In this document: positions 8,979-19,207 of the stretch, in pieces
Position numbering within the stretch: position 1 is the first letter of the stretch
Layout: every line of letters starts with the position of its first letter
Assembly: GCA_025455895.1 (NCBI GenBank)
Contig: JALOLQ010000014.1
Location: 1-27,367 of the forward strand
Length of the DNA: 27,367 nucleotides
From: Solirubrobacteraceae bacterium
GTDB taxonomy: Bacteria; Actinomycetota; Thermoleophilia; Solirubrobacterales; Solirubrobacteraceae
Direction: 5' to 3'
Position numbers and translations under genes: made by a program
Notes under the pieces: generated by a model
The model's input: the letters and a program-made list of their open reading frames with translations, nothing else
Database searches by the model: none
Told to the model about the DNA's origin: nothing

Positions 8979-10130
8979 ATGCGCCGCACCCTCTACGAGC
9001 CCGAGCACGCCGACTTCCGCGAGAGCTGGCGGGCGTTCCTGCAGCGTGAGGCCGTCCCGCACGCCGACGCCTGGGAGCGCGAGGGCATCGTGCCGCGCGC
9101 GTTCTTCGCGGCGGCCGGCGCGGCCGGGTTCCTCGCGATGGGCGTGCCCGAGGCGTTCGGCGGCGCCGGGGTCACCGACTTCCGCTTCAACGCGGTCATC
9201 GCCGAGGAGGCGCAGGCGCTCGGGCTCGGCGGCGTCGCGCTCGGGGTCACGCTGCACAACGACATCTGCCTGCCGTACTTCCTGGAGTACTGCACCGACG
9301 AGCAGCGCGAGCGCTGGCTGCCGGGCATCGTCTCCGGCGAGCTGATCACCGCGATCGCGATGACCGAGCCCGGCACCGGCTCGGACCTCGCCTCGATCGC
9401 CGCCACCGCGCACCGCGAGGACGGCCACTACCGCGTGAACGGGTCGAAGACCTTCATCACCAACGGCATCAACGCGGACCTCGTCATCACCGCGGTGAAG
9501 ACCGACCCGTCCCAGCGCCACGCGGGCCTGAGCCTCGTCGTCCTCGAGCGCGGGATGGAGGGCTTCGAGCGCGGGCGCAACCTCGAGAAGATCGGCCAGC
9601 ACTCGCAGGACACCGCCGAGCTGTTCTTCCAGGACGTGCTCGTCCCGGTCGAGAACCGCCTCGGCGAGGAGGGCCAGGGCTTTCGCTACCTCACCGCGAA
9701 CCTCGCACAGGAGCGGCTCTCGATCGGCCTCTCGGCGCTGGCCGCCGCGCGCGCGGGGGTGCAGTGGACGGTCGAGTACGTGCGCGAGCGGCGCGCGTTC
9801 GGTGCGCCGATCGGCGCGCTGCAGAACACGCGCTTCGTGCTCGCCGAGTGCCACACCGAGGTCGAGGTCGGCACCGCGTACGCCGACCGCTGCGTCGAGG
9901 CGCTCGAGGCCGGCGAGCTGACCGCGGAGGACGCGGCGGCGGCGAAGCTGTGGCTCACCGAGCTCCAGGGCCGCGTGCTCGACCGCTGCCTGCAGCTCTT
10001 CGGCGGCTACGGCTACGTGACCGAGTACCCGATCGCGCGCGCCTACGCCGATGCGCGCATCACCCGCATCTACGGCGGCACGAGCGAGATCATGAAGGAG
10101 ATCGTCGGCCGCTCGCTGCGGCTCGGCTGA
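8979..10130 (+). CDS. Acyl-CoA dehydrogenase (LCAD-type)
   Basis: AIAMTEPGTGSDL, NGSKTFITNG, QERLSIG (LCAD/IVD-position catalytic Glu), LFGGYGY, RIYGGTSEIMKEI (G instead of the MCAD Glu). Confidence 0.95.
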   Translation: MRRTLYEPEHADFRESWRAFLQREAVPHADAWEREGIVPRAFFAAAGAAGFLAMGVPEAFGGAGVTDFRFNAVIAEEAQALGLGGVALGVTLHNDICLPYFLEYCTDEQRERWLPGIVSGELITAIAMTEPGTGSDLASIAATAHREDGHYRVNGSKTFITNGINADLVITAVKTDPSQRHAGLSLVVLERGMEGFERGRNLEKIGQHSQDTAELFFQDVLVPVENRLGEEGQGFRYLTANLAQERLSIGLSALAAARAGVQWTVEYVRERRAFGAPIGALQNTRFVLAECHTEVEVGTAYADRCVEALEAGELTAEDAAAAKLWLTELQGRVLDRCLQLFGGYGYVTEYPIARAYADARITRIYGGTSEIMKEIVGRSLRLG

Positions 10131-10183
10131 GCCTGGCCGATACGGCCCCCCGCATGTCGCCGACGTGCGACACTGCCGGGTTC

Positions 10184-10821
10184 ATGGGCGTCGACGAGAT
10201 CACGATCCGCGAGGACGACACCGCCGCCGACGAGGCCGCGCGGCGCCGCGGCGCGATCCTGCGCGAGCGCCGCGAGGCGCTCGGGATCTCGCTGCGCGCC
10301 TTCGCGCGCCGCTGCGAGCTCTCACCGGCGCACGTGAGCAAGGTCGAGCGCGGGCTCGCGAGCCCGAGCGTCGCGACGCTCTCGCGCATCGTCCAGGAGC
10401 TCGACCTCGAGCCGGCGCTGCTGTTCGGCACGGTCGCCTCGCCGCCGACCGGCGCACCGGAGCCGATCGTCACCCGCGCCGCCGACGTCATGGACCTCGC
10501 CGCCGAGACCGGCTCGCCGGAGGGCAGCGTCGTGCGCGTGCTCGCGCGGCCGGACACGGGGAGCGTCATCGAGTCGATCGGCGGGCCGGACTACTTCCTT
10601 CCGCCGACGATCGCCCCGAAGGACTCGATCTTCTGCGTGCTGGCCGGCACGCTCGAGGTCGACATCGAAGGCGAGCGCTTCGAGCTCTACGCCGGCGACT
10701 CGCTCATCGTCCCGCCCTTCCGGCGCTTCGCCGCGCGGGTGCTCACCGGCCTGGACACCCACACGCTGCTGCTCTCCCCGGCCGGCTCGAAGCTCCTGCA
10801 CGGCGAGCCCGCGCCGCAGCC

Positions 10822-10825
<4 letters not shown>
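10184..10825 (+). CDS. XRE-family HTH regulator with C-terminal cupin domain
   Basis: LRERREALGISLRAFARRCELSPAHVSKVERGLASPSVATL and cupin VLAGTLEVDIEGERFELYAGDSL; alternative in-frame ATG at 10154. Confidence 0.88.
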
Positions 10826-12102
<1,277 letters not shown>

Positions 12103-12167
12103 CCGGGGGAGCGTAGCGACGGGTCCGGGCGGCCCTCGCCGGCGCCGCTGATCCGGGGGAGGAAGCG

Positions 12168-12242
12168 GCGGGCGGCGCGCCGGTGTGCCCGCCTGCGCGC
12201 CGCCCGCTCCGCCCCCTCAGGGACCCCCGGGGGCCGGGGGTC
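12168..12242. terminator. Two intergenic inverted repeats, probable terminator region of the 78-aa gene
   Basis: GCGGGCGGCGCGC (12168-12180)/GCGCGCCGCCCGC (12195-12207), and GACCCCCGG (12222-12230)/CCGGGGGTC (12234-12242). Confidence 0.4.
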
Positions 12243-12307
12243 TCCGACGGGTGCTGTGCAGGCCTACCGCCCCTGCCCGGGCGAGGAGGCCCGTCTCCCG
12301 CCGAAGC

Positions 12308-12544
12308 TCAGGCGAAGACCTCCGGCTCCATCGCGACGGCGCGGCCGTCGAGCTCGAGCTGGCTGGTGACCTCGCGGTCGTCGAGGATGTCGTGCAGCGC
12401 GCGGCCGCGCTGGAGCTCGGCCGCGACGTGGCGGCCGACGCGGCCGGCGGCGAGGCCGCGGCCGCCGCGGCGACGCGAGTGCAGGACCGGCGTGGCCGCC
12501 GGGAAGGTCAGGTTCATCGGGGCGGGCGGGGTGGCGATGGTCAT
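12308..12544 (-). CDS. 78-aa hypothetical protein (MTIATPPAPMNLTFP...MEPEVFA)
   Basis: ATG 12544 with AGGAG upstream and a near-consensus promoter at 12584-12613; GC3-rich codons; 3' part of track ORF 12308..12769. Confidence 0.75.
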   Translation of the reverse strand: MTIATPPAPMNLTFPAATPVLHSRRRGGRGLAAGRVGRHVAAELQRGRALHDILDDREVTSQLELDGRAVAMEPEVFA

Positions 12545-12583
12545 CGGAGGCTCCTGGGGGATCGGACGGGGATGACACGAAGA

Positions 12584-12613
12584 AGAATAGACGAAACCTA
12601 TTGCGTATGTCAA
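12584..12613 (-). promoter_or_regulatory. Sigma70-type promoter TTGACA-N18-TATTCT for the 78-aa gene
   Basis: Plus strand TGTCAA at 12608-12613 and AGAATA at 12584-12589; an AT-rich island in a very GC-rich window. Confidence 0.75.
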
Positions 12614-12641
12614 ACTGCAGGAATCTGACGACGCCTGCAGT
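12614..12641. promoter_or_regulatory. Perfect inverted repeat ACTGCAGG-N12-CCTGCAGT, candidate operator
   Basis: Read directly; abuts the TTGACA box and touches the TAGTCT -10-like box (12641-12646) of the divergent regulator. Confidence 0.5.
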
Positions 12642-12665
12642 AGTCTCTTCCTCAGGAGCACCTCT

Positions 12666-12953
12666 ATGAGCGCCTGGACCTTCCTCACCAACCACGCCCA
12701 CGTCCTGCTGTGCATCTCGCGCGATCCGGGCATCCGCCTGCGCGAGGTCGCGACGGAGGTCGGCATCACCGAGCGCGCCGCCCAGCGGATCGTCGCCGAG
12801 CTGGTCGAGGCCGGCTACATCTCGCGCGAGCGCGAGGGCCGGCGCAACCGCTACGAGGTGCACGCCGAGCTGCCGCTGCGCCACCCGCTCGAGCAGAGCC
12901 ACGAGATCGGCGAGCTGCTCGACCTGCTCGGCGCGATCAAGGTCGCCGCGTAG
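12666..12953 (+). CDS. Small winged-helix (MarR/ArsR-like) transcriptional regulator
   Basis: 95 aa, WTFLTNHAHVLLCISRDPGIRLREVATEVGITERAAQRIVAELVEAGYISREREGRRNRYEV; AGGAG upstream of the ATG. Confidence 0.88.
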   Translation: MSAWTFLTNHAHVLLCISRDPGIRLREVATEVGITERAAQRIVAELVEAGYISREREGRRNRYEVHAELPLRHPLEQSHEIGELLDLLGAIKVAA

Positions 12954-12970
12954 CGTCCTACCCTCGGGGC

Positions 12971-13204
12971 ATGCCCCGGGACATCGAGCGCTGGTTCGCC
13001 GAGGAGCGCTCGCGCGCGCAGGCGCGCGAGCGGGCGTGCACCGAGAAGCGCTTCTTCGCCACCGAGGCCGAGGCCCGCGCCCACGCCACGAGCGACCGCG
13101 CGCAGTACGGCGAGCGGCTCGTCCCCTACCGCTGCGAGCGCTGCGACGGCTGGCACCTCACCCGCGCGCCGCAGGACCCGGCGCCGCGCGGCGTGCGGCT
13201 CTGA
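12971..13204 (+). CDS. 77-aa hypothetical protein with C...CxxC.xWH putative zinc-binding motif
   Basis: CTEKRFFATEAEA...YRCERCDGWHLT; TACCCT 6 nt before the ATG. Confidence 0.75.
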   Translation: MPRDIERWFAEERSRAQARERACTEKRFFATEAEARAHATSDRAQYGERLVPYRCERCDGWHLTRAPQDPAPRGVRL

Positions 13205-13217
13205 GCGGCCGGCGCCG

Positions 13218-14528
13218 TCAGGCCGGGACGCCCGCGACGCCGTCCACGCGCCACGGCAGCTCGGGCGGGCCGTCGAGCGCCATCGTCCAGCGCTCGGTGA
13301 ACGTGAGCTCGCGGTCCTTCGAGCCGCCGAGCACGGCGGCCGTGTCGCGATCCTCGACGTAGCGGCGCCCGCGCACGCGCACGGCGAGCGTCATCCGCGC
13401 CGGCGTCGCGTGGGCGTCGAGCTGCTCGACCTCGATGCGCTCGACGCGCGGCCCGCGCACCACCAGGCGCGTGCGGCGGCTGGCGTCGCCGCCGTAGAGC
13501 AGCGCCGCGACGGCCTCCGGGCTCGCCACCGCCTCGAGCGGGCCGTCGTCGCCGTCCACGGCGTCGGCCCACGCCTCGGCGGCGCGCCGGGCGGCCACCT
13601 CGAGCACGTCGGGGGCGAAGCGCCCGTCGGCCAGCGCGAGGTCGAGCGCCTGCGCGTGGGCGTCCTCGGAGAGGCTCACCGAGACGAGGTCCCCGGGCGA
13701 GAAGCCGGGCTCCGCCGCGCCGGCCATCGCGCCCTCGACCACGGCCTCGTCGCGCACGCGCGCGTCCGACCACGGCGAGGCGACGACCGGCTGGTCGAGC
13801 TGGTGGGCGCCCTCGAGCGGCTGCTCGATCGACATCAGCGTCCAGCGCCCGCCGCGCTTGGCGAGCGTCCAGAACTCGCGCAGCTCGTTGACCGTGTCGC
13901 TGTCGCCGCTGCGCAGCACCGTGCCGCCGCCGGACTCGACGTAGTCCTCGAGCGTCGCCTCGACGTGGACGACGGCGCGGTCGTCCTCGTCGCGCTCGCG
14001 GTTCGTGAGCCCGACGTAGCGCACGAGCGGCCCGCTGATCACGCGCACGCGGTTGTGCCAGCCCTTGGCGGCGAAGTCGGCCAGGCGCCGGTGCCACTCG
14101 ACCATCAGGTCCTCGCCGACGAGCGTGCCGAGCGCGTGCTCGTCGCGCGCGTCCCAGGCGCCCTGGATCGCGTGGAACATCACCGTGACGTCCTCGGTGA
14201 GCCGGTCCGGATCGAAGGCGGCGTCGTCCTGCGCGGCCTCGACGGCGGCGAGGCGCACCTGGCGGTCGCGCTCGTCGAGCCGGCGGCGCAGGCGGCGCAC
14301 CATCAGCCACGTGCTGAGGACGCCGAAGAGGATGAACCCGAAGATCACGAGCACGACGGCCAGGACGATCCAGCCGCTGACGGCGCCGCCGCCGACGTAC
14401 ACGCCGCTCCCGCCGCCGGAGAACCCGCCGCCGCCCCCGGAGAAGCCGCCGCCCCCGCCGCCCCCGCCGAAGCCGGAGGAGCCGCCGCCCGCGGCGGCCA
14501 GCAGGGTCGGGATCAGGTGACCGGCCAC
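13218..14528 (-). CDS. Tim44-like domain membrane protein
   Basis: Gly-rich N-terminus, one TM helix (WIVLAVVLVIFGFILFGV), then two Tim44-like segments (FHAIQGAWDARD...EFWTLAKRGGRW; AAEAWADAVDGDD...FTERWTMAL). Confidence 0.75.
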   Translation of the reverse strand: MAGHLIPTLLAAAGGGSSGFGGGGGGGGFSGGGGGFSGGGSGVYVGGGAVSGWIVLAVVLVIFGFILFGVLSTWLMVRRLRRRLDERDRQVRLAAVEAAQDDAAFDPDRLTEDVTVMFHAIQGAWDARDEHALGTLVGEDLMVEWHRRLADFAAKGWHNRVRVISGPLVRYVGLTNRERDEDDRAVVHVEATLEDYVESGGGTVLRSGDSDTVNELREFWTLAKRGGRWTLMSIEQPLEGAHQLDQPVVASPWSDARVRDEAVVEGAMAGAAEPGFSPGDLVSVSLSEDAHAQALDLALADGRFAPDVLEVAARRAAEAWADAVDGDDGPLEAVASPEAVAALLYGGDASRRTRLVVRGPRVERIEVEQLDAHATPARMTLAVRVRGRRYVEDRDTAAVLGGSKDRELTFTERWTMALDGPPELPWRVDGVAGVPA

Positions 14529-14561
14529 CCCGGCAGTGTCGCACGCCGTAGGGTCCGCGTC

Positions 14562-14848
14562 GTGGCCGATCGCGTCGTGCTCCCCGTCTGGCCCGAGGGC
14601 ACCGTCTGCGTGCTGGCCACCGCCGCCGGCGGGCCGTTCGCGATCCCGGTCTCCACCGCGGTGCGCGCCGGCGACGCGCGGGTGGCGCCGGCGTCGAGGG
14701 GGTCTGCGGGGTGGTGCTCGAGGTCGACGAGCTGCGCGAGCACCGCCGCCCGACGTTCCGCGTCCGCGGCGGGGTGGACTGGGAGTGGACCGATCCGGGC
14801 GCCCGCGAGCGCGACGCGGTCGTCCGTGCCGCGCTGCGCGGGCTGTAG
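14562..14848 (+). pseudogene. Frame-broken small gene, probably FMN-binding split-barrel (pyridoxamine 5'-phosphate oxidase-like), with an apparent internal deletion
   Basis: 41 typical codons from GTG 14562 (VADRVVLPVWPEGTVCVLATAAGGPFAIPVSTAVRAGDARV); the typical-codon frame then switches at about 14685-14687 to 53 codons (AGVEGVCGVVLEVDELREHRRPTFRVRGGVDWEWTDPGARERDAVVRAALRGL) ending TAG 14848. TAGGGT lies 7 nt before the GTG. Family call is from recollection. Confidence 0.6.
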
Positions 14849-14908
14849 CCGCGTCGTGCGACGCGGCGGCGCAGGTGCTGACTGACCCGTTTCGTAGTGT
14901 TTTGCGCG

Positions 14909-15694
14909 ATGAAGCTCTGCACGTTCGTCCCGCCGGGCGGGAACGCCCCGGTGGCCGGCGAGGTGCGCGGGGAGGAGGTGGTCGCGTTCGCGGACGGCAC
15001 GGACGTCCTGGACCGGCTGCGTTCCGCCGACCGCACGCCGGCCGGCGGCGCGCGCCATCCGCTGGCGCAGGTCGCCCTGCACGCGCCGCACGTTCCGCGC
15101 GCCATCTTCGGGATCGGCCTCAACTACCGCGCGCACGCGGCCGAGCAGGGCAAGGAGCCCCCCGAGTTCCCGATCGTCTTCATGAAGCTCCCCACCTCCG
15201 TCGCGCCTCCCGGCGGCCCCGTCCGGGTGCCGCCGGTCGTGCGGCGCCTGGACTACGAGGGCGAGCTCGCCGTGGTCATGGGCGCCGGCGGCGAGGTCGC
15301 GGGCTACGCGGTCGCCGACGACGTCAGCGCGCGCGACCTGCAGCGCCGCGAGCCGCAGTGGACGCGCGCCAAGGGCGCCGACACGTTCTGCCCGTTCGGC
15401 CCGTGGATCACGACCGCCGACGAGGTGCCCGACCCGGAGGCGCTCGGGCTGCGCACGTGGGTCAACGGCGAGCTGCGCCAGGACGCGAGCACGTCCGACC
15501 TCGTCTTCTCGATCCCGGAGCTGATCGCGTTCCTTTCGGAGACGATCACGCTCGAGCCGGGGGACCTGATCCTCACCGGCACGCCGAGCGGGGTCGGCAT
15601 GGCGCTCGACCCGCCCGTCTTCCTGGCGCCCGGCGACGTCGTCCGCATCGAGATCGACGACCTGGGGGTGATCGAGCATGGCATCGTCGCCTGA
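14909..15694 (+). CDS. Fumarylacetoacetate hydrolase (FAH) family protein
   Basis: IFGIGLNYRAHAAE, LDYEGELAVV, DDVSARDLQ, WTRAKGADTFCPFGPWI, GDLILTGTPSGVG. Confidence 0.93.
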   Translation: MKLCTFVPPGGNAPVAGEVRGEEVVAFADGTDVLDRLRSADRTPAGGARHPLAQVALHAPHVPRAIFGIGLNYRAHAAEQGKEPPEFPIVFMKLPTSVAPPGGPVRVPPVVRRLDYEGELAVVMGAGGEVAGYAVADDVSARDLQRREPQWTRAKGADTFCPFGPWITTADEVPDPEALGLRTWVNGELRQDASTSDLVFSIPELIAFLSETITLEPGDLILTGTPSGVGMALDPPVFLAPGDVVRIEIDDLGVIEHGIVA

Positions 15695-17156
15695 GACGCT
15701 GCACGACCGGCTCGGAGAGCTGAGCGACCTCGGCGCGGCGGGGGCGCTGGTCGGCTGGGACCGCGAGACGGTCATGCCGCCGGGCGGCGCGGAGGGCCAC
15801 GGCGAGATCCTCGCCACGCTCGAGCGGCTCGCCCACGAGCGGCTCGCCGACCCCGGCCTCGGGCGCCTGCTCGAGGCGGCCACGCAGGCCGGCGGCCAGG
15901 ACGCGGCGATCGCCCGCGTCGTGCGCCGCGACCACGACCGCGCGACGCGGATCCCCGCCGAGCTGACCGCGGAGATCGCGCGCACCACCGCCGCGGCGCT
16001 GCCCGCCTGGATGGAGGCGCGCCGCGACGCGGACTTCGCGCGCTTTCGCCCGCACCTCGAGCGCCAGGTCGAGCTCGCCCGCGCGGTCGCCGCGTGCTTC
16101 CCGGAGGCGGCGCATCCCTACGACGCGCTGCTCGAGGACTACGAGCCCGGCGCGACGACCGCCCAGCTGCGGACCGTGTTCGCGCAGCTCGAGGCGGGGC
16201 TCGTGCCGCTCGTCGAGGCGATCGCGGCGCGCCCGGCGCCGGCGCCGCTCCCGGGGCCGTTCCCGGAGGCCGCCCAGCGCGTGCTCGCGCTCGAGGTCGC
16301 CGCGGCGATGGGCTTCGACGCCGAGCACTGGCGGATGGACGACGCCGTCCACCCGTTCGCCAGCTCGATCACGCCGAGCGACGTGCGCGTCACCTCACGC
16401 TGGGACGAGCAGGACCTCAGCGGGCTGCTTGCGGTGATGCACGAGGTCGGGCACGGCCTCTACGAGGCCGGGGTCGATCCGGCGCTCGCGCGCACGACGC
16501 TCGGCTCCGGCGTCTCGATGGGGATCCACGAGTCGCAGAGCCGGCTGTGGGAGAACCAGGTCGGCCGCTCGCTGCCGTTCTGGCGCCACTGGCATCCGCG
16601 CGCGCGGGAGCTGTTCCCGTCGCTCGCGGGGCTCTCGGCCGAGGACCTGCACCGGGCGCTGAACGTCGTGCACCCGACGCTGATCCGCGTCGAGGCCGAC
16701 GAGGCGACCTACTCGCTGCACGTGATCCTGCGCTTCGAGCTCGAGGTCGCGCTCGTCGAGGGCACGCTCGCCGTCGCCGACCTGCCCGCCGCGTGGAACG
16801 ACCGGATGCGCGAGCTGCTCGGCATCGAGGTGCCCGACGACGCGCACGGCTGCCTCCAGGACGTCCACTGGGCGCACGGCTCGATCGGCTACTTCCCGAC
16901 CTACGCGCTCGGCAACGTCGTCGCCGCGCAGCTCTGGGAGGCCGCCCGCCGCGACCTGCCCGGGCTCGACGACGCCCTCGCCGCCGGCGACTGCGCGCCG
17001 CTGCTGGGCTGGCTGCGCGAGCACGTGCACCGCCACGGGCGGCTGCTCGACCCGCCGGACCTCGTCGAGCGCGCCGCGGGCGGGCCGCTCGACCCGGCGC
17101 CGCTGCTCGCCTACCTGGAGGACAAGTACGGCGCGCTGTACGGGCTGCCGCGTTAG
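15678..17156 (+). CDS. Carboxypeptidase Taq (M32 metallopeptidase)
   Basis: HExxH ([10 protein letters not shown]), [40 protein letters not shown]. Confidence 0.95.
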   Translation: MASSPETLHDRLGELSDLGAAGALVGWDRETVMPPGGAEGHGEILATLERLAHERLADPGLGRLLEAATQAGGQDAAIARVVRRDHDRATRIPAELTAEIARTTAAALPAWMEARRDADFARFRPHLERQVELARAVAACFPEAAHPYDALLEDYEPGATTAQLRTVFAQLEAGLVPLVEAIAARPAPAPLPGPFPEAAQRVLALEVAAAMGFDAEHWRMDDAVHPFASSITPSDVRVTSRWDEQDLSGLLAVMHEVGHGLYEAGVDPALARTTLGSGVSMGIHESQSRLWENQVGRSLPFWRHWHPRARELFPSLAGLSAEDLHRALNVVHPTLIRVEADEATYSLHVILRFELEVALVEGTLAVADLPAAWNDRMRELLGIEVPDDAHGCLQDVHWAHGSIGYFPTYALGNVVAAQLWEAARRDLPGLDDALAAGDCAPLLGWLREHVHRHGRLLDPPDLVERAAGGPLDPAPLLAYLEDKYGALYGLPR

Positions 17157-17734
17157 TGCGACTCGAGCACGCGGTCGATCAGGCCGTACTCGACCGCCTG
17201 CTCGGCGGTGAAGAAGCGGTCGCGCTCCATGTCGGCGTGGACCTCCTCGAGCGTCTTGCCGGTGTGGTGCGCGTAGAGCTCGTCGATCTTCGCCCGCGTC
17301 TTGAGGATCTCGTTGGCGTGGATCTCGATGTCCGTCGACTGGCCCTCGAAGCCGGCCGACGGCTGGTGGATGAGGATCCGGCTGTTGGGCAGCGCCATCC
17401 GCTTGCCCTTGGCGCCCGCGGTCAGCAGCAGTGAGCCCATCGACATCGCGATCCCGCAGCAGATCGTCTGCACGTCGGGCTTGATGAACTGCATCGTGTC
17501 GTAGATCGCCATGCCGGCGTAGATCGAGCCGCCGGGCGAGTTGATGTAGATCGCGATGTCCTTGTCCGGGTCCTGCGACTCGAGGTGCAGGAGCTGGGCG
17601 ACGATGAGGTTCGCGATCGTGTCGTCCACGGGCTGGCCGAGGAAGATGATCCGGTCGTTGAGCAGCCGCGAGAAGAGGTCGAACTCGCGGTCCCCGCGGG
17701 AGGTGGACTCGACGACGGTGGGAACGAGGGGCAT
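17153..17734 (-). CDS. clpP: ATP-dependent Clp protease proteolytic subunit
   Basis: [23 protein letters not shown], catalytic Ser (AMSMGS), His (LIHQP) and Asp (ERDRFF). Confidence 0.97.
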   Translation of the reverse strand: MPLVPTVVESTSRGDREFDLFSRLLNDRIIFLGQPVDDTIANLIVAQLLHLESQDPDKDIAIYINSPGGSIYAGMAIYDTMQFIKPDVQTICCGIAMSMGSLLLTAGAKGKRMALPNSRILIHQPSAGFEGQSTDIEIHANEILKTRAKIDELYAHHTGKTLEEVHADMERDRFFTAEQAVEYGLIDRVLESH

Positions 17735-17775
17735 GGGAGCACCCTAACAACGGCGCGTCCTCGCCCCCGGACGCA

Positions 17776-17805
17776 CCGAGGGCCCGGCGTGAGCCGGGCC
17801 CTCGG
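17776..17805. terminator. 13-bp hairpin between the fasciclin gene and clpP
   Basis: CCGAGGGCCCGGC-GTGA-GCCGGGCCCTCGG. Confidence 0.55.
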
Positions 17806-17831
17806 GTTCCAGACGACGACGTCGGGGGGAC

Positions 17832-18542
17832 TCAGTCGTCGGCGGGGAAGAGCACGTCCATGTCGATCGGGCGCAGCACGCCGGAGATCACCTGGATCGT
17901 CCCGTTGGAGGCGCCGATCGTGCGGCCGTACCAGAGCGGGTTGCTGTCGTTCTTGTCACCGTCGCCGAGGCTCACCCAGCGCACGAAGGGCACGAACGCG
18001 GGGTTGATGCTCGTGCTGAGCAGGCCGCCGACGCTGTCGTTGGCGGTGGCGATGTTCGGGCCGAACGAGCGCGAGCGCAGGTTCGTGATGTTCTCGCCCG
18101 AGACGTGGTAGAGCACCGTCTGCTTCAGCGCCGCGGCGCCCGGGATGCCCGTGTTGTTGAGGTTGGAGCTGCCGGCGACCGTGAGCAGCGTCTGGAGGGT
18201 CTGCGCCTCGCTCAGCCGCCACCACGGCGTGTTCGTGATGTCGGCGACGAGCTGCTGGAACGCGCGGTCGTTCGGGGCGAAGACCGTGGCCGAATCGAGG
18301 CCGGAGCCGCCGGGCCCGTCGTCCTTCAGCGCGCCGTCCAGGCCGAGCGCGACGACCGCGTTGGCGAGGATGTCGAAGTCGTACCAGTTCTTGTCGGTGG
18401 CGTTGCCGCCGTTGTCGCCGAGGCTGGCGGCGGCGGTCGCGAACAGCGAGTTCGGGGTGTCGCTCGCGCTGGCCTGCGCGGCGGCGGGCAGGGCGCCGGC
18501 GGCGAGCGCGGTGGCGGCCATCAGGCCGAGGAGACGCTTCAT
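17832..18542 (-). CDS. Secreted fasciclin (FAS1) domain protein
   Basis: ATG 18542 with AGGA upstream; signal peptide MKRLLGLMAATALAAGALPAAAQA; H1 TVFAPNDRAF, LYHV, H2 NGTIQVISGVLRP. Confidence 0.85.
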   Translation of the reverse strand: MKRLLGLMAATALAAGALPAAAQASASDTPNSLFATAAASLGDNGGNATDKNWYDFDILANAVVALGLDGALKDDGPGGSGLDSATVFAPNDRAFQQLVADITNTPWWRLSEAQTLQTLLTVAGSSNLNNTGIPGAAALKQTVLYHVSGENITNLRSRSFGPNIATANDSVGGLLSTSINPAFVPFVRWVSLGDGDKNDSNPLWYGRTIGASNGTIQVISGVLRPIDMDVLFPADD

Positions 18543-18672
18543 GGTGGGAGTCCTTTGCATCGGAGGGTGGAGGAGTGCCTCGGAGGAGGAAGCACGACGA
18601 TCGGTGTCGGGCTCTCCTACGTGCCCCTCGTCCGGGCCGGTTGACCGAGGTCCCGTCTGGGCGCGTCGGCGC

Positions 18673-19184
18673 TCAGGCCGGCGCGTAGGTGAGCTTGACG
18701 AGCCCGCCTGCGTACGCGCGCTCGCGCACGAGCCGCAGCGACGTACGCCGTGAGGCGCCGGCGAAGAGCGGCACGCCCGCGCCGAGCAGCACCGGGATCA
18801 CGGTGAGCGTCAGCTCGTCCACGAGCCCGGCCGCGAGGAACGCGCGCACGCGAGGTACACGTCGCCGGGCGCCGCGGCCTGCACGGCCGCGAGCAGCTCC
18901 GCGGGCGTCCCGCGCACCGCACGCACGCCCGGCGCCACCGGCTCGAGCGGCCGCGTCGTGGCCACGAACACCGGGGTGTCCCCGTACGGCCAGGGCCCGT
19001 CGAACCCGGCGACGACGTCGTACGTGGTGCGCCCCATGAGCAGCGCCGACGACGCCGCGAGGAACGCCTCGAAGCCGAGGTCCTCGCCCGCGCGCGGCTC
19101 CGGGAGCCACGCGAGGTCGCCGTCCGGGCCGGCGATGAACCCGTCGAGCGAGCAGGCGAGGAAGATGCGCACGCGGCCGGCCAT
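18673..19184 (-). pseudogene. Dihydrofolate reductase-like (RibD C-terminal domain) protein, frameshifted near 18850
   Basis: N-part IFLACSLDGFIAGPDGDLAWL...LLMGRTTYD...GDVYL (track ORF 18810..19184); C-part in another frame VRAFLAAGLVDELTLTVIPVLLGAGVPLF (track ORF 18673..19110). The conserved xGG segment between them is absent. Confidence 0.85.
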
Positions 19185-19190
19185 GGGCTC

Positions 19191-19200
19191 ACGGTAGCCT
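19191..19200. promoter_or_regulatory. Overlapping back-to-back -10 hexamers (minus TACCGT, plus TAGCCT) in a 23-bp divergent gap
   Basis: ACGGTAGCCT; the boxes lie 6 and 7 nt from the start codons at 19184 and 19208. Confidence 0.55.
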
Positions 19201-19207
19201 CGCGCTC

